Source of the DNA: a virus
Taxonomy: Duplodnaviria > Heunggongvirae > Uroviricota > Caudoviricetes
DNA length: 64,000 bases
Virus record (IMG/VR): IMGVR_UViG_3300012348_000136
Span: 1-64,000 of that record
Strand: one strand, 5' to 3'
Both the position numbers and the translations under genes were made by a program. Below, in pieces: positions 62,948 through 64,000 of the stretch (the first letter of the stretch is position 1; every line of letters starts with the position of its first letter). The notes beneath the pieces are model-generated. The model saw nothing but the letters and a program-made list of their open reading frames with translations, was not told the DNA's origin and searched no databases.

Positions 62948-62955
62948 TATAAATA
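62948..62955 (+). promoter_or_regulatory. T4-type late promoter core
   Basis: TATAAATA 4 nt upstream of the ATG at 62960. Confidence 0.4.
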
Positions 62956-62959
62956 GAGT

Positions 62960-63205
62960 ATGGAAAAAGATACTGAGACTACACTATTGGAAGCGGCTAC
63001 AGCTGCACTAACCGAAGCTCAAATTGAACCATCCGCTAAGACATTGTATGCAATGAAAGATGGTGCAATCATATTCGTCGATCGCGTTAAGGGCGACGAA
63101 GTAATGATTTTTAAAGCTTCTAATTGGAATAGTGGTGCAATCACGCTTGATATGTTTAAGTCTAAAGTTTCTGGTAAAATCGGAGAAGCCGATTTACGTA
63201 AGTAA
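62960..63205 (+). CDS. hypothetical protein (81 aa) embedded in the tRNA array
   Basis: Track ORF with a late-promoter motif upstream. Confidence 0.45.
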   Translation: MEKDTETTLLEAATAALTEAQIEPSAKTLYAMKDGAIIFVDRVKGDEVMIFKASNWNSGAITLDMFKSKVSGKIGEADLRK

Positions 63206-63212
63206 TTACATT

Positions 63213-63287
63213 GCTCCTTAAGCATAGATGGCGATGCGCTGATTTCGTACATCAGAAAGGACGGCTCAAGTCCGTCAAGGAGCTCCA
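63213..63287 (+). tRNA. tRNA-Thr (CGU)
   Basis: Clean fold; loop TTCGTAC; T-loop CTCAAGT; CCA encoded. Confidence 0.55.
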
Positions 63288-63294
63288 CTTTTAT

Positions 63295-63384
63295 GGAGCG
63301 GGCCCAGGCTGGCCGATGGAACATACCTGGAAAGTATGTGGACCCTACAAGGTCTCAGGAGTTCGAATCTCCTCTGCTCCGCCA
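63295..63384 (+). tRNA. tRNA-Ser (GGA)
   Basis: Long-variable-arm type, 90 nt; stem CATAC/GTATG; loop CTGGAAA; T-arm AGGAGTTCGAATCTCCT; G73; CCA encoded. Confidence 0.65.
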
Positions 63385-63392
63385 TTTTTAAT

Positions 63393-63466
63393 TGTTCCGT
63401 AGCGTAATGGTAGCGCAACTGACTTTGACTCAGTGTGTATGGGTTCGACTCCCGTCGGAACTACCA
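63393..63466 (+). tRNA. tRNA-Gln (UUG)
   Basis: Loop CTTTGAC; stem ACTGA/TCAGT; weak 1-72 pair as in E. coli tRNA-Gln; CCA encoded. Confidence 0.55.
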
Positions 63467-63472
63467 ATCTTG

Positions 63473-63480
63473 TATAAATA
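63473..63480 (+). promoter_or_regulatory. T4-type late promoter core
   Basis: TATAAATA 5 nt upstream of the ATG at 63486. Confidence 0.4.
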
Positions 63481-63485
63481 ATCAC

Positions 63486-63914
63486 ATGAATAATCCATTT
63501 TTAGATACAAATAGTGATCCGCTTGTTGAAGCAGCTAAGACAATCCTTGAAAAGGTTTCTATCGCTGCGGTCACTGGATATGGTAAGTCCGTTCCAAGCG
63601 AGATACAAGAGCATCTGCAGACAATTTTGAATTCAGCTGATAGTCCTAAAGGTTCCATAACACGTGCTAAGTTTTTTGATTCTGGTTACTATGGAGTTTC
63701 CTTTATGATTGGCGGACGTGAATATAACATCACCATGAACATGGGAAAACTTGGATCTGATGATTATGTTCGAGGTAATATGACTCTTACCAAAACCGGA
63801 GATTCTAAACCAATCCTTGTAATTAAAGGGGATGACAAGTTGAATAGCGGTTTTCCAACAATGAGCGATCTCGGCAAGATGACGCGAGCTGTTTCTGATT
63901 TGATCAGACGTTAA
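63486..63914 (+). CDS. hypothetical protein (142 aa)
   Basis: Track ORF 63435..63914 trimmed so it no longer overlaps tRNA-Gln. Confidence 0.45.
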   Translation: MNNPFLDTNSDPLVEAAKTILEKVSIAAVTGYGKSVPSEIQEHLQTILNSADSPKGSITRAKFFDSGYYGVSFMIGGREYNITMNMGKLGSDDYVRGNMTLTKTGDSKPILVIKGDDKLNSGFPTMSDLGKMTRAVSDLIRR

Positions 63915-64000
63915 TTCTTTGGGTATGATGTAGTGATAGCATGACACCTTCCAGGTTGAGAAGCATTTGCTTCTCTGTATGATAAAGTCAGCGTACGTTT

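Noticed and set aside
1-64000. CRISPR arrays, integrase, transposase or prophage boundary.
   Set aside because: No direct-repeat/spacer architecture and no tyrosine or serine recombinase motifs were seen. The content is consistent with a virulent T4-like phage.

Overview
This window looks like the early region of a T4-like (Straboviridae-type) virulent phage. Almost all genes are on the + strand. I recognised homologues of T4 UvsX, gp41 helicase, RNase H, NrdA and NrdB, and a gp42-like dCMP hydroxymethylase. Many sigma70-type promoters (TTTACA-N17-TATAAT) sit in repeated promoter plus 5'UTR cassettes, and a few T4-type late promoters (TATAAATA) are also present. A promoter-driven array of about 22 tRNA or tRNA-like genes lies at 60.6-63.5 kb.

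Accessory content worth a second look:
1. A candidate DNA hypermodification locus at 26.6-33.8 kb: the hydroxymethylase, a T4 beta-glucosyltransferase homologue, a nucleotide-sugar synthesis module, a second glycosyltransferase candidate and a C5-cytosine methyltransferase-fold protein.
2. A candidate NAD-salvage gene set: a PRPP-synthetase-family enzyme, a NAMPT/NadV-like enzyme, an NMNAT-like nucleotidyltransferase, a NADAR domain protein and a nucleoside-deoxyribosyltransferase-like protein.
3. A candidate T4-style internal-protein locus at 38.8-49.9 kb, flanked by an endolysin, whose members carry N-termini like the T4 capsid-targeting sequence (MKSFKDYIAEA-like).
4. Conserved structured spacer RNAs and several non-canonical tRNAs inside the tRNA array.

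All protein assignments rest on motifs read by eye and on homologue sequences recalled from memory. Coordinates of small genes are approximate.
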